Shown: in pieces, positions 17,438-28,282 of the stretch
Numbering within the stretch: the first letter of the stretch is position 1
How the letters are laid out: every line of letters starts with the position of its first letter
Source: an uncultured Gammaproteobacteria bacterium
GTDB lineage: Bacteria > Pseudomonadota > Gammaproteobacteria > Chromatiales > Chromatiaceae
DNA length: 64,000 bases
Direction of reading: 5' to 3'
Assembly: GCA_963753845.1 (NCBI GenBank)
Contig: CAVWEI010000029.1
Location: 125 to 64,124 of the forward strand
Position numbers and translations under genes: made by a program
The notes under the pieces: model-generated
What the model saw: the letters and a program-made list of their open reading frames with translations, nothing else
Databases searched by the model: none
Told to the model about the DNA's origin: nothing

Positions 17438-19420
17438 CTACCGGTAGGTGGTCAGCACGATCATCTCGTCGTCTTCGTTCAATCGCAGGCGCTCGTCGCG
17501 ACCGGGATTTAGCTGTACACCGCCGCCTGGTTTACCTTCGTGTCCGGTCCGGCGAATGCCGATGGCGATCTCCCCGCGGGCGTCGGCGGCCCGTTGCAGG
17601 TCGGCAAAGCTGTAAATGCGCTCAACTGCGTCAGGGACTTCGGATCCGTTGCGATTTTCTGCCAGGTCGCAGTCCGCGATGCGGCGGAAGAAGATCTCAC
17701 TGCCGCCCGAGCCGAACAGCTCGTCGAACACCGCCCGCAGTTCGCGCCGCAAGGCGACGCGGGCCAGCATGCGGCTGATGATGAGCGGGCTGACGATGAC
17801 CTCGCCACGCCGGTTCTCGAACAGGGGCACATTGTCCGGATCGCTCAACTCGACCAGCACCGGCGGCGCTTTCGCCGCGCCCTCCATCATCTGCCGCAGC
17901 AGGAGATAGCCCAGGATGGTGCGCGCGTCCGACTCGGCGTCGGACTCGAGCCGTTCGCTGGATAACAGGACCAGGTTGTCGTAACCGGCCGGATCCACGC
18001 TCTCCAGGTGGGCGGGTACGGTGTAGTCGAACTCCAGCTGACGGATCTCGAGATGCTCCGTGGATAGCGCCCTGGCCTTGATACGTTTCTCGCGCTTGGC
18101 GGCCGACACCTCAGATACGATGTCGATGGTGAACGCCTCTTCGGAGTAGGCGGCGAACTCCTCCAGCAGGGCCGGGACCCGATGGTTCCATCCCAGCACC
18201 AGCACCCGCCGCCGGGGGAGCCCCTCAAACTTGGGCGCGGGTCTCTCCGGCAGGTCGGGCGCCGCGTCGATCGTCTCCGGCGGTGCCGCAGCCCCGTAGC
18301 TCGGGGCCAGGACCGCGATGCGGTCGTTCGCCTCCAGCCGCAGGTCGTCGGGCGGGTTGAGCAGCGCCTGAAAATCGTCTCCTCTGGGGCGCACGACACC
18401 GAGCAGCACGCCCTCGGGGAAGGCATAGGCCAGCTGCTGGACGGAGACGCCCGCAAGCTGTGGCCCTTCGCGGACGTAGATCTGGCTGCCGCTGGCATCG
18501 GAGAGGAACTCGCCATAGACGTGGGAAAGTCCCGGGTGGCGGACGTTTTGCACCACCAGGCGGCTGATCGTCTCGTCGCCCGCGATAATCTCCATCGGAC
18601 CGGGATAGAGGGCGCGCAGGGTGCTCGCATGGCGCATGTCCTGGAGTTCCACGACCACCAGCGGCGGTTCCTCGGGTGGTGTCTCCTCCAGCGCGGCGCC
18701 CATGGTCATCAGGGTCTTCACCGTGCGCGTGTCGGCGTCGAGCGTACTGTTCGCGGTGGTGTCGGCGGCTGGGATCAGGATGGCGCCGGCATGGGCGAAA
18801 TCGACCCGCGCAAGGTCGTCCAGGCGCAGCGGGGTGCCGCTGCGCAAGATGATCTGGCGGTCGTTCCAATCGGCGCCGAGCTCGAGCTTGATGTGCTGTC
18901 CGAGACTGGCATCCGCGCGTTCGGCCAACAAGGCCACGCGCAGGCGTCGAGCCCCCCGTTGGTGCAGGAAACGCTCCACCCGTCCCTGCGAGACCAGGAT
19001 CTCCTGCAGGATCGTCAGCGCACGGCTGGTCCAGCCCAGGAGGACGAAGTGCGCGTCGAAGGCGACCGGCGTCAGCCCCTGCTCCAGGCGGTCCATGGTC
19101 TCGCCCAGCCATTGTACGAGAATGGCGATGAGTGCCCCCGTAAACAGGACATAGCCAAGCAGGGTTACCGCCGTCGATATCGTTGCCTTGGCGACGCCTT
19201 GGTCATCGCCCAGGTAGCCTGGATCGGTGAGGCGCAGGAAGGCCCACCAGATGGCATCCACGGCGGACTCGAAGCCGGGCGCGAGCGCGTGCGCCAGCAA
19301 ACCCGCGACGGTCGCGACCAGTACGACGAGGGTCAGGAGGAGGGCGAAGCGCGCGGCAGGCCCGCGGACCATGGTCTGTTCGAGCCGGAACAGGAGCGAG
19401 TTTTTCAGTCTTGAGAACAT
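17438..19420 (-). CDS. CASTOR/POLLUX(DMI1)-related cation channel with tandem RCK domains
   Basis: TM-pore(WWAFLRLTDPGYLGDD)-TM, HFVLLGW and RVLVLGWN Rossmann starts, DADTRTVKTL, ESDARTIL, GSEIFF. GAGG RBS. Confidence 0.85.
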   Translation of the reverse strand: MFSRLKNSLLFRLEQTMVRGPAARFALLLTLVVLVATVAGLLAHALAPGFESAVDAIWWAFLRLTDPGYLGDDQGVAKATISTAVTLLGYVLFTGALIAILVQWLGETMDRLEQGLTPVAFDAHFVLLGWTSRALTILQEILVSQGRVERFLHQRGARRLRVALLAERADASLGQHIKLELGADWNDRQIILRSGTPLRLDDLARVDFAHAGAILIPAADTTANSTLDADTRTVKTLMTMGAALEETPPEEPPLVVVELQDMRHASTLRALYPGPMEIIAGDETISRLVVQNVRHPGLSHVYGEFLSDASGSQIYVREGPQLAGVSVQQLAYAFPEGVLLGVVRPRGDDFQALLNPPDDLRLEANDRIAVLAPSYGAAAPPETIDAAPDLPERPAPKFEGLPRRRVLVLGWNHRVPALLEEFAAYSEEAFTIDIVSEVSAAKREKRIKARALSTEHLEIRQLEFDYTVPAHLESVDPAGYDNLVLLSSERLESDAESDARTILGYLLLRQMMEGAAKAPPVLVELSDPDNVPLFENRRGEVIVSPLIISRMLARVALRRELRAVFDELFGSGGSEIFFRRIADCDLAENRNGSEVPDAVERIYSFADLQRAADARGEIAIGIRRTGHEGKPGGGVQLNPGRDERLRLNEDDEMIVLTTYR

Positions 19421-19448
19421 GGGGTTGGCTCCGAGGGGCATGCCGGGT

Positions 19449-22400
19449 CTATTTGACTTCACCGGACGGCGCCTGACCGGCACCGACGACTTCAACCTGC
19501 AAAGGCGAGAGTGTATTAAGGTGCAGATCCCGCTGCGGGAACGCGATGGAGATACCTGCCTGCCTGAACTTTGTATTGATCGCCTTGTGCAGCATCGTGA
19601 CGGTGGCCAGGCGATGATCCAGGTTGTCGATGTAGGCACGCAGCAGCAGGGTCAGAGCGTTGTCCCCGAAGCCCTCGAAGCTGACGACCGGGCCCGGGTC
19701 CTGGATCACATATTCGTTCTCTTTCGCGGCCTCGATCATCAACTCGTGAGCCTTGTCGACATCGGCCTCGTAGGCCACGCCGACGACGACCACGATTCTC
19801 ATTACCTGATCCGACAGTGACCAATTCAACAGTCTGCCCGTTATAAACTCCTTGTTCGGGACCAGGAGTTCCTTGCGGTCCCAGTTACGGATGGTGGTTG
19901 CCCGGATGCGGATCTTGGTGACGACCCCATCGGTATCCCCGACGGTAACGATATCTCCGACCCGGATCGGACGCTCGAACAGGATGATCAGCCCGCTGAT
20001 GAAGTTGGCCACGATCTCCTGGAGTCCGAAACCGATACCCACACCCAGGGCTGCAACCAACCACTGCAGTTTGGACCATTCCACGCCGATGGTTGTCGAT
20101 ACCAGGATGGCACCGGCGGTCACGATCAGATAGTTGGTCATGGTCGTGGCCGTATAGCGGCCGGGTGCTGTCATCTCGGTGCTGTGGAGCAGGATGATTT
20201 CCAGCACCGCCGGCAACTGTTTCATCAATACGACGGTACCCAGCACATAGATCGCCGCCAGGCCGATATCGGCCAGTGTGACCGGGACCAACTGTTCCTC
20301 ACCGTCGACCACGGCGGTCTGGTGCCAGAGCGTCACATCATCCAGGACCCTCAGGGCGGCGAACACATCGGACCAGATCATCCACAGGCCGACCACACCC
20401 AGGAACACGAACACCGTATTTAGCAGTCTCTGACCTGTCTCACTCAAGGCGACGAGATCGATCTGGGGCTCTTCCATCTCCAGAAATGCCGCATGGTCCT
20501 GGGTATGCTCCTCTTCCTGCTCGTGCTTGGCCGCCCAACGCGCCCGGCGCTCTTCAACCGCCGCCTCATAGACAAGGCGGCGCTGGGCGATCAACAACCA
20601 ACGCCGCGCGAGTTCCCAGAGCAGCCACACCGTGATCAGCAGCCAGGTGGTTTCTAACAACAGGCCAAACAAGGTGCGCACGGCAAGCAGATAGCCCAGG
20701 ATGACAATAATCCCGAGCACCAGCGGCGCGGCAACCAGCGCCAGGTACCCCAACCAGCGCAGACGCAGTGTGGTGCGTCGGCTTTCGCGACCCGACGGTG
20801 ACGCAAAGATGCCCTTTACGGGATGCAGCAGGCGATAAAATGCAAAAGACAGTGAGCCGACCAATACCAGGAAAGCGACTCTTCCGATAGCCCAGCCCCC
20901 GTTCAGCGGATCCAGTTGAACGGCGACCGCGGCCACCATGAAGGCAGGTAGGAAGATCCAGGTCATACGATCCAGTTCGGTTCGCAGCAACTGCACCCTC
21001 GCCGCGGGCCATCGGTAGTGTGACGCGGCCAGCCCCTTGTCAATATTGGCCATACGAAGGGCCCGCAGGAAAAAGACCTGAGCCGCGGCGGCCATGAGGG
21101 CACCACCCACCGCGAGCGAGAATCTGGCGCCTTCACTGGAGACCTTGAGCTGCCAGCCGGTCACCAACATCAGCAGCGGCAGGCCGGCCGCCACAATCAG
21201 CGTCAGCACAAACGCCTGCACGCTGTAGGAGAACCGGTCGACCCTGGGTTTGCCAACCGATGCGCCAAGTGGTGGTATCGCAGCGACAATACGCTTGCGC
21301 CACCAAAGCAAGGCGGCGAGCACCAGCACCAGCAGCGCAAATACCGGGGCATGCGTCACCTGGTGGAGCAGCGAGCGTCCCACCTCCAACCACCCCTTGG
21401 GTGACAGTATCCGCCATACCTCTTCAGGCGATGCGCCTATTCCCGCAAGCTCGGCGGGCGAACTGCTCCGCACCCAAAGCAGATGCTCGTCCATGAACTC
21501 GTCGAAGCCCTTCACCTGCTCATAAAGGAGCTGCTGGGTGGATTCCAACTCACCGAGTTTGCCCAAATAAAGGTCGTCGGATTCGATGGCCCTCTCGAGA
21601 ATTGCCTGACGCTCCCCGGCCAGGCCCCTGAGCTCAGCATCCAGTTGCTGAGAAATATCCCCAGCCTCCGCCGTCACGAGTGAAGCAAGGTAGGCATCCA
21701 TGTCACCAAGTCGGCGCTGCTCCTGACGATGATTCAAGCGGCGCACACCGATCCTGGCGGCTATCGCTTCGCGCTCTTCCGCCTCCCGACGAAAGCTCCG
21801 CAGATCGGGCAACTGATGGCGCTGTTGCAACAGCATTTGCCCCAGCTCCCGGCTCAGGCCGCCGATATCGATGGTCTCCTGCGCAGTCTTGAAGTCCGTC
21901 TCGATCCGGCGGGCCTGTTTGCGTGCCTGTTCAGCCTGCTCTGTCAGCCTGCCCAACACGGAAAGCGAGCCGGCGATCTCTTCGGACAGCACTGCATTTC
22001 GTTCGGCCAGACGCACCACCATCGGGTGCTTGCCCTCGGCCTCATCGCGGATGGCCTCGGCTTGGGCAAGAGTCTCGCCCGCCTCTGCCGCACGCTTCTG
22101 GTTGACCAGATCCTCAAGAATCTCCACCCGCTTGCCGAGCCATTCCTTGTTGGCAAGCGCCTTGTCGCGCTCGAGTTCCTGAAGATCCAGCCGGACAGGC
22201 TGACTTAGCAGCTCCTGGTCAAGCCTCCCGATCTCAGCGTTGAGCGCCTGCAAGCTGCTCTCGAGCACCCACTCGCGCGCCTCGGTGGTCGCAGGGTCCT
22301 CGCCCTCCGGGGGCGGCAACCCGAGCTGGGCGGCGAGTTCTTCCTGCTGCTTGCGCGCGAACACAAGCCTTTGCCCGATCAGACCCGGACGGGCAGACAG

Positions 22401-22871
22401 CTCCCTGACCTGATTGTCGGCATCGCTGCGTTGGGCCCTGGCCGCAGCAAGATCGGTTTTTTCCTTTTGCAGGCGCTGATCGAGCTGTGGCAACGGATCA
22501 GACAGGGCAGCATCGAGGTCACCGGCCGGGTCCCGGGTCTGTAGATCCGCCACGGCCTCGCGCAGCACTTCGATACGCGCGGGTGCCGTATCCACGATGC
22601 GCGAATATTCTTCCGCGGACTGTGTATCGGATTCCGCGGCCTCCAGGTTGACCAATGCCTCGCGGTAGAGACCCAGAAGCTCTTTTTTGGCCTCTTCCAC
22701 CAGCCCCGATGCGGCCTCGGTTTCTGCGACTTTGGCTTCCAGTTTCTCCTTCGTCACCGATGCGGACGGAATTGGATCGGGTTCGTCGGGCTCCGCCAGC
22801 GACAGCGGTGAAGCGAGGAACAGCATGGCGGCAGCGGCAAGAAGGATCGGAAACAGAAGTCGTGTTCTCAT
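19449..22871 (-). CDS. MscK/MscM-type large MscS mechanosensitive channel
   Basis: Signal peptide, long coiled coil, many TMs, GIGFGLQEIVANFISG, ERPIRVGD, VPNKEF, IAFPQRDL. Confidence 0.95.
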   Translation of the reverse strand: MRTRLLFPILLAAAAMLFLASPLSLAEPDEPDPIPSASVTKEKLEAKVAETEAASGLVEEAKKELLGLYREALVNLEAAESDTQSAEEYSRIVDTAPARIEVLREAVADLQTRDPAGDLDAALSDPLPQLDQRLQKEKTDLAAARAQRSDADNQVRELSARPGLIGQRLVFARKQQEELAAQLGLPPPEGEDPATTEAREWVLESSLQALNAEIGRLDQELLSQPVRLDLQELERDKALANKEWLGKRVEILEDLVNQKRAAEAGETLAQAEAIRDEAEGKHPMVVRLAERNAVLSEEIAGSLSVLGRLTEQAEQARKQARRIETDFKTAQETIDIGGLSRELGQMLLQQRHQLPDLRSFRREAEEREAIAARIGVRRLNHRQEQRRLGDMDAYLASLVTAEAGDISQQLDAELRGLAGERQAILERAIESDDLYLGKLGELESTQQLLYEQVKGFDEFMDEHLLWVRSSSPAELAGIGASPEEVWRILSPKGWLEVGRSLLHQVTHAPVFALLVLVLAALLWWRKRIVAAIPPLGASVGKPRVDRFSYSVQAFVLTLIVAAGLPLLMLVTGWQLKVSSEGARFSLAVGGALMAAAAQVFFLRALRMANIDKGLAASHYRWPAARVQLLRTELDRMTWIFLPAFMVAAVAVQLDPLNGGWAIGRVAFLVLVGSLSFAFYRLLHPVKGIFASPSGRESRRTTLRLRWLGYLALVAAPLVLGIIVILGYLLAVRTLFGLLLETTWLLITVWLLWELARRWLLIAQRRLVYEAAVEERRARWAAKHEQEEEHTQDHAAFLEMEEPQIDLVALSETGQRLLNTVFVFLGVVGLWMIWSDVFAALRVLDDVTLWHQTAVVDGEEQLVPVTLADIGLAAIYVLGTVVLMKQLPAVLEIILLHSTEMTAPGRYTATTMTNYLIVTAGAILVSTTIGVEWSKLQWLVAALGVGIGFGLQEIVANFISGLIILFERPIRVGDIVTVGDTDGVVTKIRIRATTIRNWDRKELLVPNKEFITGRLLNWSLSDQVMRIVVVVGVAYEADVDKAHELMIEAAKENEYVIQDPGPVVSFEGFGDNALTLLLRAYIDNLDHRLATVTMLHKAINTKFRQAGISIAFPQRDLHLNTLSPLQVEVVGAGQAPSGEVK

Positions 22872-23039
22872 ACGAGTCTTCGCAATTTGTGATTGAGTCT
22901 ATGGACCAACCCGCGACTGCTCTCGAACCCGCAGGCCTGTCACTGCTGGCTGTTTAAGAGTCTTCGCCTTACTGAATTCAGTCTCATTTGTCGGGTTCGA
23001 TCCAGGTGATCTTTGATTACTGTATTCCGAGCCCAGCCA

Positions 23040-23165
23040 TTAGCCCCGATCAGCGCGGCATTTTCCGCATTCAGCACGTCAATACCTGTGACAACCGTCA
23101 GAAGAAGTGGATGCGTGGCTTGCATGGTATCGCAACCCAGTACATGAGCCATTACCAGTGGGCGA
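23040..23165 (+). mobile_element. IS1595-family transposase remnant
   Basis: GIFRIQHVNTCDNRQKKWMRGLHGIATQYMSHY matches the IS1595 HIQNVN..H.RLK.W...F.GVATKYL motif in degraded form. Confidence 0.6.
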
Positions 23166-23182
23166 AAAAATGCCGAAGTTGC

Positions 23183-23725
23183 TCAATAGATGACCGCACG
23201 CCGCCAGGCACGTCGACGGGCGCCCGCGAAGGACACCGGCGTCAGCGGCATGCCGATTATGTCGATGAACAGCGATGCAGCGCCGGCGCTGGACGGGACG
23301 GTGCCTTCGAGGATCTTGATCTGGTAGCTCAGGTCGTTGCCCGCCAGGACCGGATCGCGCAGTTCGACCACTGCATCTTCGAGCGCCTCGTCTTCCAGAA
23401 ACGACAAGGTTGCGTTCGGCGGGTCCTTCAGGAAGCTGTCACTGCCCTCGCTCCAGAATGGGACGAATCGGGCCGTGGCCATGTGCCCGGCGATGCGCTC
23501 CGGGCGGTCGGAGAACATCACCGTCGCCGGGTTCACCCCCTCGAGCGTCAGCTTGCCATCGGCATAGGTCACGCGATTCGCGTTCTGCACGAACAGGAAG
23601 TCGGCCATCCTGGAGGTCGATTTGGGCTCCTGAGGCTCCCCATCGGTCGCCTATGCGGATCGCATCGCCAATGAGAGCGGTCCGATCAGGGCTGCGGCGG
23701 TAAGCAGGTCGCGTCTGTTGGTCAT
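23183..23725 (-). pseudogene. Tat-exported hypothetical protein with in-frame TAG at 23651-23653 (body 23183..23608 open)
   Basis: GGAG RBS, then MTNRRDLLTAAALIGPLSLAMRSA*ATDGEP.. in frame with MADFLFVQNA..FSDRPERIAG..DPPNATL. Confidence 0.7.
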
Positions 23726-24681
23726 CGTATTCTCCGTCTAGGGTTGGTGTTTGGTGTTGCGGGCGGCGTGTTCGGCGCCAGGCGCGATGCCATGGGCAGG
23801 CGCTAATGTATCTCGCGAATCCCCGATCGCGCGACGCCCGACGACCACCGGTGGAAGGTGGTTTTTCAAATTACTATTGTGACAGCGCTTTGCCAAGACA
23901 GCATGTCGGGCTTATTCTTCTCGGGCCTTCAAGCGGCTGACAGGCATGACGCCGCGGGATTACCGCCGGGGCCTGTTCTGAAACCACGACTGGGGCATGA
24001 AACCGAGGCCCTCGGTCCATGATTCAAATGCCCATAGCCATGCTGTCTGCCCCGACTCCCCCGCAGAATCCCGCAGTTTCATCTTGGCGCGAAATGGTCA
24101 GACCGAGGTGAAAAAAGCCTGACAGCCCAGTGGCAAGCTCGACGCTCGTCCGACGCCTGCTCAATGAATTCCACTGGATACCCGCAGACCTGTGGCCGAG
24201 GGCGGGCATATGATGAGCCGTGAACAACAGCCATACTTGCGCAAGGCTGCAGCGAATGGCCGCTCCTCGGAAGTGGCCCTACTTCGCGGTGACGGGGTCA
24301 TTGGCCCGCGTTCAGCACCGGCGCAAGCGTCGGCGCCTTTCGCTGAATGTCTTTTTCTGGAAATGGTTTCGGGAGCAGAATTCATGTTCGGGCAGTGGTG
24401 GACAGTCTCTTTCTATCCCGGTCATTTGAACATCTATTTGTCTTTGATATAGCGAGACGACTGAGAAAGGTCCCGGATGTTAGAGGCGCCCTCAAGTTTA
24501 CCTTGTGCCTCTGGCCTGAATAAAAATAAGATTTCGTGAACAGGCAGGAGTCGACCCCTCCTGGAAGTTGGCGGTGAGTGTCTCGAATCGCAGCGAGGAC
24601 GTCATTCAGCTTCTGTTATTTGGTGGGCAGGTTAAGATGTTTGATGCTTTTGCATTGTGCTTCGAGCACCAGGATTGAAAC

Positions 24682-27147
24682 ATGGTGATTTGCGAAGCGA
24701 GTGCCCTTTTTTTCTCCCGCTTTGCGTGCCGCCAGCTATGGGCCTTGCTGCTGTTGGTGTCGCTGATGATCCCGGTTCAGGCAGCGGGGGCACTGAAATC
24801 TGACGCTCTGCCACTGCCACTGCCACAGGCGCGGGCCGCACTCGAACGGCTCGAAGATCAGTTCGCTACCGCCCAGACGGCGACAGCGCAGGAACTGAAA
24901 GCGCTCAAGAAAGAAATCGCCACGGTGCGTTCCAGTGCACAGGACTGCGTACAACAGGCGCAACCAAAGATCGAGATACTGGACAGCGAACTCGCTGTCT
25001 TCCAGCCCGCAAAGCCCAAGGACACGCAGGCGAAAGCGGCAGGAGAGACCCAACCCGCAGAACGACCGGAAGCGCCGTTTTCTCCCGCCATCGCCCGGCA
25101 GCTGCAGGATCTGCAGAGCAGGAAAGACAGCCTGGAAGGACGTATCGCCATCTGCAAACTGATGCTGCTGAGAAGTAACGATCTGGAATCAGATGTAGAC
25201 GATTACTTGAGCAGCTTGCAGACCCGGCAACTGCTGACCCGTGGCCCGACCCTGGTCAGCGTGTTGCAGGCAAATCTGGATGAGCGGAAACGCTGGTTGG
25301 ACTTTGCCAGGCAGCTGGCCGTGACATCCACGGGTTGGGATGCGGTCCACCCGATTCATCTGGCCGGTGCCGCGGCCGTTGGTCTGCTGGGGTTCATCCT
25401 CGGCCGCATCGTGCCGCGCCGCCTTCGGGCCCGGGCGGCCCAAATGAAGGTCGGGGAAGAGGAAGTCGCCGCCGGCCTTGTACAGGCGGTCATGGCCTGT
25501 GGCGTCAGCTATGCGCCCATCCTGCTTGCCCTGGGGGCGGTCACCGCTTATGTGACACTCATCCCGTACGCGGGCGGTAATCTGCCGTTTGTCCTCACCC
25601 TGATGTACGGCCTGCTGGCATTCTTTGTCATCGCAGCCGGTATCAGAATCCTGCTCAACCCCTGCCCACCCGCGACCCAGTATCTGCCGCTTCCGGAAGC
25701 CGTCGCGATTCCGCTCAGCCGGCGCAGCCGCGTACTCGCCCTGATCGTGCTGTTCAGGTGGCTTATGCAGGCACTCCACGCGGACGGCTTGCTCGATGAA
25801 ACCATGTTCGCACTGACCCGACAGATTATCGGCTGGGTCTTTGTCCTGAATGTCATCTGGGTCGTCTGGCTGCTACGCCGGCTCGAAGGCTGGCGTGACA
25901 AGTGGGCGCTCCTGCTGCTGATCAGCCTGTCGCTGTTAGGCGGCGTGGTCGCTGGCACGATCGGGTATATCAACCTCGGCGCGCTGGTGATAACGGGCAT
26001 CGCCTACACACTGATATTGCTCGGTCTCGCACTGGTGGTGAGTCAGTTTTTCTCGGACCTGTTCGATGGCCTTGATGAGGGGCGCTATCGCTGGCAAAAA
26101 GCAGTGCGTCGGTCCATCGGTCTCAAAGACGGGGACTACGTGCCCGGCCTGGGCTGGCTGCGGCTGGTCGTCAACCTTGCGCTTTGGATCGCGGCCGCCC
26201 TGCTGGTGCTGCGCGTTTGGGACCCTGATGAGCAGATTACCGCCGATATCCTGCGTTATTTCACGGAGGGCTTCCAGGTCGGTGGCGTGAACATCGTCCC
26301 CACTCAACTGCTTTGGGCCATCCTGGTCTTCGCCATATTGCTGGCGTTGACCGGCTGGCTCAAAGGCAGACTGAATACGAAATGGCTGGTCAAGACGCGC
26401 ATGGAACCCAGCGCGCGGGACGCGCTGGTCACGACCTTCGGATATGTCGGCGTGGCCATTGCGGTCATGGTGGCGCTATCGTTCGCCGGAATTAACTTTG
26501 CCAGTCTTGCCATCATCGCCGGCGCGCTGTCGGTCGGCGTCGGTTTCGGCCTGCAGAACATCGTCAATAACTTCGTATCCGGCATAATAATGTTGGTTGA
26601 GCGACCGGTGAGAAACGGCGACTGGATCGTCGTCGGGAACACCGAGGGCTACGTGCAGCGCATCAGCATCCGCACGACGACCATACGAACATTTGACCGG
26701 GCCGACATCATCGTGCCCAACTCGGACTTGATATCCGGCCAGGTGACCAACTGGACACTGGGAAATACGTGCGGGCGGATCAAGATACCGATTGGTGTCG
26801 GTTACGGCAGTGATGTCGAGACCGTCATCAAGACCCTGCTTGAGATAGCCGGCAACAACGCGGATGTCATCAAAGGCAATCCCCAGCTGCCGGATCCTTA
26901 CGTGCTGTTTTTGGATTTCGGTGACAGTTCACTCGACTTCGAGCTGCGCGTCATCATCCACGATATCAACCGGCGTCGGTACGTGACCAGCGACATAAAT
27001 CGCGCCATCAATGCCGCGTTCAACAAACTGGGTATCGAGATTCCCTTTCCGCAGCGCGATGTCCATTTCCGCGGGCCCATGCAAATCGAACGTGGTTCGA
27101 GGGTTCCGCCCGAAGCACCCGATGGCGGGGAGTTGCCCCAGTCTTAG
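24682..27147 (+). CDS. MscS-family mechanosensitive channel (large)
   Basis: GVGFGLQNIVNNFVSG, ERPVRNGD, VPNSDL, FGDSSLDFEL, IPFPQRDV. Confidence 0.95.
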   Translation: MVICEASALFFSRFACRQLWALLLLVSLMIPVQAAGALKSDALPLPLPQARAALERLEDQFATAQTATAQELKALKKEIATVRSSAQDCVQQAQPKIEILDSELAVFQPAKPKDTQAKAAGETQPAERPEAPFSPAIARQLQDLQSRKDSLEGRIAICKLMLLRSNDLESDVDDYLSSLQTRQLLTRGPTLVSVLQANLDERKRWLDFARQLAVTSTGWDAVHPIHLAGAAAVGLLGFILGRIVPRRLRARAAQMKVGEEEVAAGLVQAVMACGVSYAPILLALGAVTAYVTLIPYAGGNLPFVLTLMYGLLAFFVIAAGIRILLNPCPPATQYLPLPEAVAIPLSRRSRVLALIVLFRWLMQALHADGLLDETMFALTRQIIGWVFVLNVIWVVWLLRRLEGWRDKWALLLLISLSLLGGVVAGTIGYINLGALVITGIAYTLILLGLALVVSQFFSDLFDGLDEGRYRWQKAVRRSIGLKDGDYVPGLGWLRLVVNLALWIAAALLVLRVWDPDEQITADILRYFTEGFQVGGVNIVPTQLLWAILVFAILLALTGWLKGRLNTKWLVKTRMEPSARDALVTTFGYVGVAIAVMVALSFAGINFASLAIIAGALSVGVGFGLQNIVNNFVSGIIMLVERPVRNGDWIVVGNTEGYVQRISIRTTTIRTFDRADIIVPNSDLISGQVTNWTLGNTCGRIKIPIGVGYGSDVETVIKTLLEIAGNNADVIKGNPQLPDPYVLFLDFGDSSLDFELRVIIHDINRRRYVTSDINRAINAAFNKLGIEIPFPQRDVHFRGPMQIERGSRVPPEAPDGGELPQS

Positions 27148-27300
27148 CCTGTGTGTTGTGGTCAGATCAGGCCACAACAGACTTTGCAGGCATGAAGGCG
27201 ATCCGCGGTGATAGCGTAAGTCAGGTCGCGTTTGTGGTGCCGATTTACAGATGCGTACTGAAGTATGTTCAGAAAACTGCTCGATGCGGATCGAAGAGCC

Positions 27301-27657
27301 TCATCTGAACGACCGGAATAACAATGTCATTAGCTTTTCCTCTGTATCTGCACCGCGCTTCGACTTCGGTCGTGATCGATACATCGAAAAGATATGTTGA
27401 ACCAGGTCGTGGAGCCTGTTTCTCGACCATTCCTTGTCCTGATCGTTATTCTTTAACTGCTTTATCAGGTGAAGCAGGTCAATGCGAATTCTCAGCGCCG
27501 CTTCTTTCGGGAGCTTGCCGCGGTCGGCATACTTATCCACCCTCTCGATCAATTCTTTCAGACGTTCGACGATCTGCTTCCGCTCCTTTTTCTTCAGGTC
27601 CTTCTGCATGAGTTCATCGAGATTCGAAAGCTCGCTTTCGAACTTGGCTTTCTTCAT
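27301..27657 (-). CDS. Hypothetical highly charged helical protein
   Basis: 118-aa K/E/R-rich ORF, GGAGG RBS, ATGA overlap with upstream ORF. Confidence 0.6.
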   Translation of the reverse strand: MKKAKFESELSNLDELMQKDLKKKERKQIVERLKELIERVDKYADRGKLPKEAALRIRIDLLHLIKQLKNNDQDKEWSRNRLHDLVQHIFSMYRSRPKSKRGADTEEKLMTLLFRSFR

Positions 27658-27890
27658 GAGTAAATGCCTCCGGCAGCCGACGTTGTTGCCTCTTTGATCG
27701 TTCTGTTGATGTCGGCCGCCAATGCTGCGATTTCCTGATAGTTCGGACTATTGGACTTCAACCTGAGTCGAATCAGTTCTGCGATGGATGCGATGATCTC
27801 GGCACTCTCGCTGTCAATTTTGTAGTTTGCCCTGAGAATTCCGGCATGAATGAGTATTTCAGTCGCCGTGGCATACAGGTTGTCAGCCAT
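27654..27890 (-). CDS. Hypothetical protein
   Basis: 78-aa ORF, GGAGG RBS, coupled to the downstream ORF. Confidence 0.55.
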   Translation of the reverse strand: MADNLYATATEILIHAGILRANYKIDSESAEIIASIAELIRLRLKSNSPNYQEIAALAADINRTIKEATTSAAGGIYS

Positions 27891-28017
27891 ATATCCTCCA
27901 ACCCAGGGTCAACGAAATAAGTCTGAGTATGAATGTGGATTCCATGATCCTTTCGCGAGATGCTCAAACCGCTCTTCCCAAAGATTGCCACGATCTGCTC
28001 ATTATTTCTGACCGGGA

Positions 28018-28266
28018 TCACGGATTTTCGAGTTTCTGCAGGTTCTTTAATCCTTTCGCATGCTGAGCATCGATTACCTCGAGTTCCTTGCCTAGACGTT
28101 TGCGTTTGCGCTTGTTTTTTTCCAGCGGGATCCTTTCCTTCAGCTCGATCCTTTTTACCTCGAGTTTCGCCAACAACGTCTTTAGTTCGTCAAGATGCTT
28201 CAGCTTTTTGCTCTTCTTCTGCCCGAGCAGTTCGCTAAGGGCTTGTAGCAGTTTTTTTCTCTTCAT
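28018..28266 (-). CDS. Lys-rich small coiled-coil protein
   Basis: MKRKKLLQALSELL..KNKRKRKRLGKELEVI, starting 16 nt after the Na/Pi transporter stop. Confidence 0.7.
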   Translation of the reverse strand: MKRKKLLQALSELLGQKKSKKLKHLDELKTLLAKLEVKRIELKERIPLEKNKRKRKRLGKELEVIDAQHAKGLKNLQKLENP

Positions 28267-28282
28267 CTGATCTTTTCCATGT

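Noticed and set aside
23651-23653. Pyrrolysine or genome-wide TAG recoding
   Set aside because: TAG terminates normal genes here (e.g. the IS5 transposase and the LysM gene), and no pyl genes are seen.
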